From the human T2T-CHM13v2.0 reference genome, Homo sapiens: DNA of 64,000 bases. Position numbers and translations under genes: made by a program. The stretch is taken from assembly GCF_009914755.1 (NCBI RefSeq), contig NC_060937.1; one strand, 5' to 3'. The first letter of the stretch is position 1, and each line of letters opens with the position of its first letter. Shown here in pieces: positions 36,515 through 49,418 of this stretch. The notes beneath the pieces are model-generated. The model ran no database searches. It saw nothing but the letters and a program-made list of their open reading frames with translations, and was not told where the DNA came from.

Positions 36515-37866
36515 CTGCTCACTAACCCTCAGCCTGACACCCAGCTATGTGTCGTTGTCTTGACACTGTGTGGGAAGCTTTGGTTGGGCAACACATTGTC
36601 AAAGTTAAAATCCAATGTATCTCCATCCATGAGGTCATTCCGAATGATGGATTCCATGTCACAGTCTAAGCGCTCAATGAACATGCCATCCAAGTCACTT
36701 GGGAGCTTCTCCTGGTGGAGAAGGCCCATTCTGCCATAGCCATTGCAGCTGCTCACGGAGGAGTAGCCCCCCAGGGCACTCATCTGCATGGGGTGGGGCA
36801 GAGGCACTTGTACAGGTGTCTTCACTTGGGTCAGGCGGTTCATACCCGAGGTGTGGGGCATGGTGCTTACCGTGTGGGGCAGGGGACGCCCGTTAACTGC
36901 AGATGTCTGCTGAGCATGTCCAGGGTGGGTATGGGAGCTGGGATTCATCATTTTGTTATGAGATGCCTGGCTGCCATAGGTTGACATGACCGAATTAGGG
37001 CCCATCATGACGTTCTGGCCCAGAACCCGGCTGTTGGGCTGGGCTACCCCAGGATCAACTGGTGTCATAATGTCATTATGGGGAGGAGAGTCAGAAGTCA
37101 GCAACTCCTTCAAGAGTCCAGGCGCACAGTTATACTGACTCATACCTCCATAACTCGACTTATTGTCCTGAAGTGTTTGTATAGGCATCTGGGGCAAAGG
37201 GCTCATGCTGGATTGGCCATATGTATATTTTTGGTAGTTTGGGCTGGGTGAATTCAAACTGGTGTTTGGTGGCGCAAACGAGTAGCACGGCGTCTGCTGC
37301 ATCATGGTGCCAGGTGAGGACTGGGTCGAAACAGTTAATGATGTTGGTGATGAGAGAAGGTTGAGATTATCCAAAAGATTTTCCATGTTTTCGGGATTGC
37401 TTATCTCAGACAGACTGGGTAAAGTAGAGGCCATCTTTGCGGCAGATGGCGGGTACACCATAGAATGCACATCCCCTTCTCCAAGATCATCCTGTTCGGT
37501 CATAATGGGTGAGAGTCTCCCACTAATAGTACTAGCATTTGAGCTAGTTCGAGGGCGAAATGTACTCCAGTTATCAAAGTCATCATTGCTGTGAGAGCCA
37601 GGGCTTGCAGGCCATTTGGAAAACTGTGATCCAGGGCTGTCCCCAGCACCCTCCTGGCCAGACTGGAGAGATGCTTTCTTCTTGGCAGCTCGGCTTCGGC
37701 TCTTAGCAAATTTACTGTTGTTGTCCATGGATGCAGCTCTTCTCCTAGGAGATTTCCCGCTCTTGCCACCCTCTGGATTGAGCATCCACCAAGAACTTTT
37801 TCCAGTTCCTTCATTCTGCACACGAATGAACTTGCTGTGTAGGGACAGATTATGACGAATTGAATT
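36515..37866 (-). other. FOXO1: FOXO1 exon 2 (1352 nt)
   Basis: Acceptor AG 37868-37867; donor CAG|GTAAGT with GT at 36514-36513, 14 nt after the TGA stop. Confidence 0.97.
36529..37866 (-). CDS. FOXO1: Forkhead box protein O1, coding part of exon 2 (residues ~211-655; C-terminal half of forkhead domain, NLS, NES, LxxLL, transactivation domain)
   Basis: Translation [34 protein letters not shown]...RRRAAS (Akt S256, codon 37731-37729)...RPRTSS (S319, 37542-37540)...LLKELL...[18 protein letters not shown]...HSWVSG-TGA matches human FOXO1. Acceptor ttacAG at 37868-37867, phase 0; 1338 nt = 445 codons + stop. Confidence 0.99.
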
Positions 37867-38076
37867 CTGTAAGGCAAAACATCTTATTAGAAGTACAATA
37901 CTTCTCTGCTTGCAAAACTTCCTATTCTACATGTATTACATGGAAAACAAGTAAAAAATCTTAAGAGTGTGTGCTACAGATTTCCATCTGAACAGTCCTA
38001 ATGGCTCTGAAGCCACTACAAAAGATCTCAAATAGCACAGGAATAAATAGTATCTTATCTTAAAAACAATATCTGT

Positions 38077-38438
<362 letters not shown>

Positions 38439-38693
38439 TTATACAGCTACATTTTATGGAAAAATCAAAGGAATTGGTTTTAATAACCGCTTAAATTTTG
38501 CTTAGCTACAATAGTACTCTGTATCAAAGTGCTATCAAAAACCCCTTCCATTCTACTATCCTTAAAACTACTGCCAATTCTCTTCAGTTTGAACCTGTGC
38601 CATTTACATAAAGAAGTTTTATATTACTGGGCCCACATACTTACAGAAACAAAAAAGACAAAAGAATATAGAATATATAGAATATAGAATATA

Positions 38694-38969
38694 GGCCAGG
38701 CATGGTGGTTCACACCTATAATCCCAGCACTGTAGGAGGCCAAGGCAGGCAGATCACCTGAGGTCAGGAGTTCAAGACCAGCCTAGCCAACATGGTGAAA
38801 CCCCATCTCTACTAAAAATACAAAAATTAGTCGGGTGTGGTGGCAGGCGCCAGTAATCCCAGCTACTTGGCAGGCTGAGGCAGGAGAAGGAGACTGCGGT
38901 GAGCTGAGATCACTCCAGCCTGGGCAACAAGAGTTAAACACTCTGTCGCCAAAAAAAAAAAAAAAAAAA
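38694..38969 (+). mobile_element. Alu with internal deletions
   Basis: Alu consensus; flanking aagaatatagaa. Confidence 0.92.
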
Positions 38970-39399
38970 GAATATAGAAATATAGAGCTGATCAAGAATT
39001 AAAGGCCCCCAAATTAATAAGACTTGGATTCATTCACACCTTTAAAGCCCATTAAGCAAATACAAGTGAATGTAAGGAAAACAGAGTCATTGCTTTTGTA
39101 TTTGAGAAAGCTGACCTGCCAAAAGAAATTTTTTTTTAATTCAAGTAGTGCCCCTACCCTCCAGTTCTACCAATGACCAGTAGTATGAGCAGGATGCACC
39201 AACTAACTCCATGACACACCTCCACGTAGCCAGGGGCTACACTGTCCAAACAGACAACCTGGGATGGGAAGAAATGACAGAGAACGCAAAGAGCTCTAAC
39301 TCTCAAGCTACCGCAGCTTCATAACTAATCATGCCATGTTTATCATCCCTAGGCCAACTAGGGAAGAAAAACCAACAATCTTTCTTTTGAGTACTTCCT

Positions 39400-39575
39400 G
39401 GGTGGCTCTGCTACTTACTTACCTAGGTGACCTTGGGAAGCTGCCTAGCCCCTAATGTGTCTTAAGTTTCCTCACCTGTAAAGCAGGGCTAAATTACAGA
39501 GCCTTATCAGGGTTGTTACATGTACTAAATGAGATACATAAAAATGCTCAGCGGTGCCTGGCATGTAAGCAGTCA
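39400..39575 (+). mobile_element. MIR
   Basis: gtgaccttgggaag...agtttcctcacctgtaaa...aaatgctcagcggtgcctggcatgta. Confidence 0.7.
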
Positions 39576-41952
39576 CCATGAAGGGAATATTAGACCCCAA
39601 CTTAGAATAGTGGTATCCTGCGCCCCAAAGTCCTGCTTCTCTATTCCTATTCAGTGTGGTATGTATAGGAGCTTAGAAGTAGTACAGATACAAACCCACA
39701 ACTGCAAATATATGGTGAAAGGGGCCAGAGGTGGTCTCTCCAAGTTTCAGCAGAAACACCAGAGCCAGGCTGCAGATGAGAAAGCCATGGTTTGATTCAC
39801 CTCCTCTACAACACAGAGTAAGATGGTGTTCAGGGGAGTCCGTGGGACACGTGGAAAAGGAGACGAGGGAAACGCTGTGAGCTCCCCAGAAGGAAGGGCC
39901 TTGTCTTATAGCTTCTGGCCCCCAGCACAGTACAGGGCACACAGCCACTACACCTTGTTCATTCAGCAGCCTCTTTCCTCAGAGGTCTGCTCCCAAGGAG
40001 TGGGATTCTGGGTGCCCTAAGACCCTGGAATGTGCACAGTCTCCCAGCTTTCTTGGCCTCCTCTGCCAACTGGATGCAAGGCTCAGCTGACCATGCCCCC
40101 TGCATCTCTGCGGCCCCTCTTCTCAACCACAAAAAGGCTCTGGCTGGATTTGTGGTCACCCAGGGGTGCAGCCACAGCGCCCACATCCTCATGCCATTGA
40201 CATGGGACGCCCGGGCCCGAGTGCCAACCACTGCGCCTGAGCAGAGCCTCTGCACAGCAGGATGAGGCCTGGCTCCAACACAAACTGGGAGAGAAGTCTT
40301 CTCTCATTAAAAGGTGGTAGAAGAGAGAAAATGGAGGGGTCTCACTTTCTAAAGGGAGATGCAAAAGTCAGGGTAAGGCCCAGCAGTCAGGGCTGAGAAA
40401 TCCACATTTCAAAACGCCCTCTGACTCTCTGTACTGCATTCCGCCTAAAGATTTCAACACAGCAGCTACGTGACAAGCCCTCCTGCCAGAGCATACAGTG
40501 AAGTGTGAGAGCGGGGAAGACACCACCGGAGCCCCAGATTCCCGGCTGGAACGGAGCAGGTGTGTGGTGATGGCAGTGACTGTCTCCTGTTCCCAAGAAT
40601 CCCCACCTTCCTCCACACCCAAGATCTACCCTCACCTCGAGACACGCTGTGAGGAGGGCCAGGGGCTTAGAGTAGGTACAAGAATCCCTAAAAGAGGCCA
40701 GGGAGTACATTTCCCTCCCATCCTATTGCATTCCCCTAAGATCCCCAAATTCCTATGGGAAGGCGCCACACACACACATGTATGCTCACAGAGCCACAGC
40801 CTTGTCTGCTGTACCCACCAACCCCAGCCGAACCGAGTTCTTAATTCCTCCTTAAGATCAGCAGGCCCGCACTTGGGGTAGCACTGGAATGCAGCCCTGC
40901 AGTCTGACCCTGACATTTTCTATACACTGGAAGTCCAGGCATTTGCACAATATTCCATCATGACAGTTTTGTTCTTTGAACACAATAGACACACAGATAA
41001 GCTCCGATGAAATCTCTGGAGGAGAGGAAGCTTGACTCCTGTCCCTGTCACATTTAGTTAATGATAAAGGGGGAAGAAAGATCTTCCCAGATAGAAGCTT
41101 CCTGGTTGTTGCATTGACTTGGGGAGAGGGGGTGAAGCTCTCTAACATTCATGATAAGCCTGTCAGATCACTGGCAAGCCCAGCTGGGGGTCATTTTTAA
41201 AAAGACTGCAGGAGACATAATAAGGAAATCTTTAAAACATTCAAGAAGCATTCACTAACTCAGGTGGGACATATACTAATTTAGACTTTAAAAAAAAAAA
41301 AGCCACAGCAGTCTCCTACTTATCAAAACATCATATTACATATTTTTCTAAGAGGACATTTCAGGTCGCTCTTTGAGTAACAGAGCTGTTTCCTAACTTT
41401 GCCAACAATTAAAATTTTTTCCGAACAGGAAAAGGTTTGCTGTGCAGGACTTGTTACATAAATTCCTGTTTTTCACACAGCCAGCGGGACATTAAAGAAG
41501 CTACGGTTTCTAGGGGGTGGGGTTTGAAAAGGTAAATTTTGTAAAAATGTGTTGCTATTAACGACGTTGTGTCTGCACTCCCCTACTGGCCACAGGAGAG
41601 GCTGGATGGAAGAGCAGTTCACCAGAAGGACTTCGCAGCAGAGCCGCGTGAGACTGCTGGGCTCTGAAATATTATGCCCTTGAACTCTCAACAAATATTA
41701 CCTGAGGACAGAGGCAGGATGTCAGGACAGAGGTTCATGCCCTGTCAATCACTTGCCCAAATCCAGCGTTTCTACATGACGGCACTAGAGAAACACAAGC
41801 CAGCCAATCTCCTCTCCACTAGCTTGTTTCTCTGCAGCCCCACTCACAAGCCTCTGCACACACCCCATCTGCCATCTGCATGCCTGGCCACCCCAAGCAG
41901 TGCAGCATGTGCTTCCTGGGAAGCCTGACCCAATGAGCTCCACAGATGGGGG

Positions 41953-42001
41953 AGTCGGGGAACCCCGACATGGTGTAGTCGGGGAACCCCGACATGGTGT
42001 A
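41953..42001. repeat. Perfect 24-bp tandem duplication containing a hairpin
   Basis: (agtcggggaaccccgacatggtgt)x2. Confidence 0.97.
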
Positions 42002-43386
42002 CTTGCTTGTTCAACCTGCTCTGCTGGCTGTTCTATGTTCAGATTCTGAGTTCCTTAAAGAGCAAATGGGCTAAAGCTTGTCTTTAATTTCTAATATCAT
42101 AGCCTCAATAACTGTTTGTTGCTTGACCCCCAAAAAAATTACAAGGAAGATATGGTGTCTTACACAATACACATCTTTTAACCATCCATTTGAGTACCAA
42201 TTCATGTCAACTAACATTTACTGGAAACTATTTTGTGGAAGGAGTAGCGAAAGACATGAAGGAATGAGACACAGAACATGCCCTCCAGAAGCTTTTGATC
42301 TACCTGGGGAGAAAATAAGTACACGTAAAGAGCCACTTAATAGGATGACACAACCCATAGACTGTCCAGGAACACGGACCTTTTCTCTCCAAAGGCTGCC
42401 ACCCTGCCCTCCATGCCCCAGCTTCTGTCTCAGCCCAACTGGCCCCTCCAGAAGCATTTCTTGATGACCTCATCCCATCCTGCAGCTCTAACATGGGACC
42501 TTACTTACTCACCCCTCTTTATGATTCCACTATGTCTGATCCCTGGGGCGGTGGGGGGGCATGCCTGACTTCCCACTACACTGTGAGCTGCTCAAGTGAG
42601 CACAGGGACCTTTGTCTGTCTTCTTGTACACTGTATCCTCACAGCACCAACACCATAGGGGCACTCAAGTATCTGTTGAACAGATTAGTATTTCCTACAT
42701 TTACAAAGTTGGTGCAAAGATTAAATGAGATAGTATGCGTGGAAAGGCTTACCTTAATCTCTATTAGCTAATGTTACTGTTATCACTACTGGCATAATAG
42801 CATCCATAAAATAACATATGTCTGTGTTTTACAGACCTATGTATGTCATAAACATTAGTCTTATTTCTTTATAACCACACACTGCACTGCTCTCACTTAA
42901 CATGAGGCTTTTTTATATGTTAATTACTGGAAAGATTGACTGGTTTGGGAAAAACAGTTCATTTTTCTCTTGACACTAGATATTGCCTCAGAACTGATTC
43001 AAATACTAAGGTGAGGCTGTCAGTGCCCTGGTCAGCCAATGTCACTAGAATATTTAAGTCTTCTCAAGGTGCTGCAGCCAAGCCACATGTGCAGGCATCA
43101 CACATTGCTGGGGCCAGGGGCCTCCGAGCTCTGGACACAGCCAGCATGTGCAGAGCAGCAGCAGGGGTTGGCAGAGCAGGGACCTCAACAGGCCAGTTGG
43201 GAAGCTCCATGAAGGATGGTTCTGATGTTCTGTCTCTGTGGCTGGAAGAAGTGAGGTGCTGAGGCTGGTCCCCAGAGACCCCTGAGGACACATGCCCTCC
43301 CCAGGATGCTCCCAGACCCACTGTCTAAGGCAATCATCAGCCACTGAAGTGCAGGATGAAATCTTTACAACTTTCATTGACTTTCA

Positions 43387-43686
<300 letters not shown>

Positions 43687-44694
43687 ACTTTAAATTTTTT
43701 ATCTCATTCTTTTAAAATTCTTATTTGTGAATGTATTATATAATTACACAATATATTTAAAGTGTATAAACAAATACATGTTTTATCAAAAAGGGTATGT
43801 GATTTTTTTAATAAAAACCATTTACAGACCACTAGTCAGTCTATCACGGTAGTCTTCTAGGAGCCTGAAGGCCCAATAAAGATGATCAAGTGAACAGAAC
43901 TAGCTCTAAATCAAGTCTAGGTTGACTTTGCCCCCATCCCTCAAGACTGGGTTGAAAAAAGAGACCTGGTCCCACCCTCTGCTTGCAGCTCTCTGCCTCC
44001 TAAGAGCTGAGCCTGGCTGCCTTCCCAGCCACTTCTCTTCACCCTGGCCTGGACTCTCACATCCCCAACTCCTGTCTTCCAACCTGAGCTGCCACTTGAC
44101 ATGCATCTAGCCTGTCCCTCAGCCTATATGAAGACCACCACCTGTCAGCCACGGGTCTCCACACCACTGCTACATTCTACATTTCTTTCTGCTTGGCAGT
44201 TCTATGATTACCCTGGTCTTTATATTTAACCAAAAATAATGCAAAACCTCAACTTAAGGCTGAATACACCTTGCTCATGAAACCCTTAGATGGCCTTCAT
44301 ACCCCGTGTTTTATATTTTTGTATTTATTTCATAGTTTATTATATAAACTATGTATTTTATAGTTTACTGCTGTCAATACATCTCATTCCATCCTTGCAA
44401 CAGCCCTATAAGGCAGGTATTACTGGCTTCACTTTAGAAATGGAAAAGGAAAAATTAAGACTCAGAAAATGATCTGTCCAGTTAGGGTTCAAAGCAAAGC
44501 TCTGTGATTCTACCTGCAACCCCACTGCTGGCTGAAAAAACTATCCCCTTGCCTTCACCACTGTTAAGAAGAATCAAAGGAACATACTTAAGGCTGAGGT
44601 TACTTGTGTGCACCTTGAGGGAGCAGAAATAATTCTGCTTACTAGTTTACAAAGCTCATTTTCTGCCTTAACAGGTGATAAATTTACACAATGT

Positions 44695-45012
<318 letters not shown>

Positions 45013-46792
45013 CTAGTGGGTTCTTCTTTATGGCAGGAATCCATAGCAGCTGAAGCGTGCATTTCAGATGTGAGCATCATCCTAGGGAAAACCTGTGGGG
45101 ACTCACAGGGAAAGCGGAAAGGTCCCCAGAGACCCCCAGCTACCTAGAACTGCCCACCACCCTGCGTGAAGGTGTGAGCAACAGCCACCAAATCCAACAA
45201 AAAGAACTTCACACTCAGAAACTGGAACATATGATTAAATGAACTCATTGTCCCAGAAATTCTAGAAATTCTTTCAAAATGCTAGACAAACTACATTTTC
45301 CCAAAGCATTTAATCTAATTTCTGTGAACTTTCTCAATGTGTGCGATTGTTATGCAGGCTCCCGGCATGGCCTTTATTCCCTCCCTCCTCCTTCCTCTCT
45401 TTTACACCAGCTCTTCCTGCACTTCCACAAGTGAAAACAAACTGAACTAGGAAAATCTATTCAACAGAGTTCCCATTAAGAGTTACTAATAAAACAACAA
45501 CTTTTAAAAATAATCCATTTTGTTTGCAAACAGAAGGAAAACATGACCTTTTGCCAACCCTTTTTTTACAAGAGTTGTCAGTAGACACACGTTAGCAATA
45601 GACAGTATGTAAATCAATGTTAGAAAGTGTTTAACACAAGATCTGCTGAGAATAGCTAATCTACATGCTTACACCCTAGATCCTTCCATAAGGCTGGTTC
45701 ATTTCCCAGAATCGTTTCCTTCTTGCCCGAATATCCTCAAAGACCACTATACCCCCCACTGCTACCCCCACTGTGCAGAGGTCTTAAAGCATCTCCACTG
45801 ATCCCAGGGCTGTGGACAGAGACTGGCGGCCTGGTAAAACCGGAAGGTACTTCGAAGGTCATCTGGTCTAACGCTCTTGTTTTATGTTAGGGAAACAAAG
45901 TTCAGAGAGATTACAACGCAGATGGGAAACTTATGGGTGTTCATTTACAAAAAATAGAACCACATGGAGCTTTAGTACTGGAAGAAATGTAAAACAAGTA
46001 CCAAGAACATGCAATATTCCTCCCCTAGCCAAGCCAATCCTTACCTATGGTCTCAAACCACTATAGACACAAATTTAGTTACACAGCTTTATCTCTAACT
46101 CTAGTCAGTCATTCCAAAGGAAGGGAAAATATGACTATCCACTGCAAAAGGAATGTAGGAGATTATGCTTGCATGTCAAATAGTACTAAAAAGACAAATG
46201 GAAGAACTCATAGGTGTCAGGAGAAGCTTCATGGACTTGGGAAGTACACTGTGAGGCAGAACCGGAGGTGCCGGCTCTGGAGGCAGAGTTACTGCTGGGC
46301 CCTTCTGAGTAGGTCCTGGATCTCATCACTAAGCCTGTTTTCACATCTGTAAAACAGTTACATGTACGGATGGCATGATATACATGATATACATGAAGTT
46401 GCCTGGTGCATCACCTGACACAATGACAATAAACACTGGCTATTTTGTTTTAGGAAGTGAAAGAATACATAAACAACAATTTTTTAAGCCATTATGAATG
46501 GTTGTAACTTGATTAAAAGTCACTCATCACAAACTTCCTGTTTAAAGGCAGCCAGCCTTCCTCAGGCTTATTTCCAATGTCCTCACAACCGAGCTGCAAT
46601 CCGTCATTTACAGAAAAATTGTGTTTTCTCCCTGTTAAGAAAATTTTAAATGAAAGAATTTGAGCATTTAACTAGCATATTCTGTCGGTTTTTGAGGTGA
46701 CCTATGTCAGAACACGTGTGTCCAGGATGTTGTTCAAGTTAAGGGAGATACAGCAGTTGTCTGATAATAGATTAATTTTTACATTTAAACAA

Positions 46793-46916
46793 TTTTTTAA
46801 ATAGATTGGGTTTTGCTATGCTGCCCATGCTGGTCTCCAACTCCTGGCCTCAACTGATCCTCCCACCTCAGCCTCCCAAAGTGCTGGGATTACAGGCCTG
46901 CACCACTGCACCTGGA
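46793..46916 (-). mobile_element. Alu left monomer (FLAM-like)
   Basis: Reverse single arm ...cctcccaaagtgctgggattacaggc. Confidence 0.88.
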
Positions 46917-47009
46917 CTGATGACAAATTATATCCAGGATGGTGATTATTAGAATGATGTTCTTTCTCATCTCTTCACAAACACTAGTCACCCATGACTA
47001 TTTACTTTA

Positions 47010-47367
<358 letters not shown>

Positions 47368-48196
47368 TCAAGGAGTGTAAGAACGTACTACAGGACAAAA
47401 GAGGTGCGTTACAAGTAAATGGGACTACGGTATTGAGGAACAAAGAAGGAAGAAGGGGGCCACCACTAGCCCACAAGACCGGGGGCAGAAAGCTTTACAA
47501 CGGAGGATGTTCTCTGGTTTGTCTGATCTTTATTAGCCAAAGGTCTAAATATTTCAGAGTAACATTTCAGCCAATAACCTCATACATTTAGGATTGAAGA
47601 AAACCCCTTCAGGGACAGAACAGAAAATGTACTTAATGATATTACACCATACCAAAGCTTTTGCATTTCAGAAGGTAGTAATTAAAAAGCAGCACTACAA
47701 AATTTCACTGTGTCCCACATGAGAACCCTGTATTAAAGGAATCTACAGTTTTGTGAAAGGAAGGGCAAAGCCCTTTAATTTTCAGGAAGTGAAATGGAAG
47801 TCTCCTGTACCATTCAATACTATGGGCTCTATGCACTATCAGAAACAAACTACCCCAAAAAGACAAATCCCAAAACAATCCAGGTGAGGCAGAAACGAGC
47901 AATCCCCTTAGACACCAGCTCCAGATCACAAGGCATTCATCTTAATCACTTTCCTTCTATAACCCCTCTGTATCAGGTGCTAATGTGGACCCCTATTTAA
48001 GCAAAGCCTGGAAAACAGAAACTATCTCACACTGTCATACGCTTGGGTTTAATGATACCACACAACCCAAACAAGGCCAGATCTCAAATGAATGTCATCA
48101 ACCCTAGCTAATAAGGTCCCTGTGGTGGATATCCAGAGACTAAATTTCATCTAGCTAAAATTCTTCTAAATGCCTTGTTTGAAGAGATCTGTAGGC

Positions 48197-48396
48197 GGAA
48201 GGGGAACATCACACACCGGGGCCTGTCATGGGGTGGGGGGAAGGGGGAGGGATAGCATTAGGAGATATACCTAATGTAAATGACGAGTAAATGGGTGCAG
48301 CACACTAACATGGCACATGTATACCTATGTAACAAGCCTGCACATTGTGCACATGTACCCTAGAACTTAAAGTACTATAAAAAAAGTAAATAAAAA
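48197..48396 (+). mobile_element. 5'-truncated L1PA 3' end with 15-bp TSD
   Basis: ggggaacatcacacaccggggcctgt...cacatgtaccctagaacttaaagta; TSD aagagatctgtaggc at 48182-48196 and 48397-48411. Confidence 0.95.
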
Positions 48397-49289
48397 AAGA
48401 GATCTGTAGGCTACCAAGGATTTCAAAGTGGAGCTTGTTTCCCCTAGGATTGATTTAGTTTTGATGCAGCCTGCAGTTACCCCTGGGGACCCTTTAACCC
48501 ACTCACCAGCTCCTCCCCAGGGAGGCACAGAGGCCAGGTACTGCCAAATCCACAGCAGACAGCCACAACTCCCCCATCTTGCCCATCAGTGACCTAAAGG
48601 GGCCTTCCTGAAACTTCGACTGAATTAACTACTGGAATACCCATGCTTTTTGCTGCTTCCGCCTAATGGCTGTCTCAGATGCAAAAGGCCCCACCACAGG
48701 AGAATATTAAGAGGAAACTCATTTGACGCTGAAGTAATTCTGCTGTTCCTAATGAAAATCTTTGTCTGTTTTATAGGCCATACAATTTTTCTAATCTGCA
48801 GTGGTCCTATAAACGCACAGCATTATAACGCAATTAACTACCTTATCTATTTGGCTACCAGAAGACTAAGGCACAACAAAGTTAAAACCAAAAACAAAGA
48901 ACGCATTAGGATCTACTCTCTTCTGATGAAGAATTTAAATTAGGCATAAAATAAAGCATAGCCATACCAATACTTTGATCCATTTTAAAGCTTTCTAAAA
49001 TTTTAAAGGACTAAAGTGAATTTTAAAGTATTTTGTCAGCATTACATTGATGAGCCTGTTAATCCTGTTCATGCTAGGTAAATGTATATTCAAGGTATGT
49101 TCCCGAATTGTTTACAGAAGCCAGTGAAAAACTTTATGGATATAAATTCAGAAGCAAGAACACTGAAACTTTGACAGATTAAAATCCCTAGGACAATATC
49201 CCACCCATAGCATGTACTACGTAGAACTGTTTTTATCCTAAATATGTTTGCTATCTGGAAAATCTAGGGAAGAATTTATCTATTGGATA

Positions 49290-49418
49290 CATAGTCTGTT
49301 TACTAAGAATTCTTAGTAAACAGAGTACAAAGTCTAGATTTATGTGTTTTTTCGCATAGTCTGTTTACTAAGAATTCTTAGTAAACAGAGTACCAAGTCT
49401 AGATTTATGTGTTTTTTC
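49290..49418. repeat. 65-bp-period tandem duplication, each unit with a perfect 30-bp palindrome
   Basis: Units 49290-49353 and 49355-49418 differ at one base; palindrome tctgtttactaagaattcttagtaaacaga. Confidence 0.97.

Noticed and set aside
36522-36528. Telomere-like GGGTTAG after the stop codon
   Set aside because: Single 7-mer; chance.
36529-37821. ORF-track start (MQNEG) as the FOXO1 start
   Set aside because: It is a GTG valine codon within exon 2; the reading frame enters by splicing at 37866.
37500-37877. 125-aa alternative-frame ORF overlapping FOXO1 exon 2
   Set aside because: Shadow ORF of the real CDS; starts in the intron at a non-ATG codon; no independent support.
49290-49418. 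CRISPR-like array or pre-miRNA reading of the palindromic repeat
   Set aside because: Eukaryotic context, identical rather than unique spacers, only two units; 15-bp arms are too short for a canonical pre-miRNA stem.
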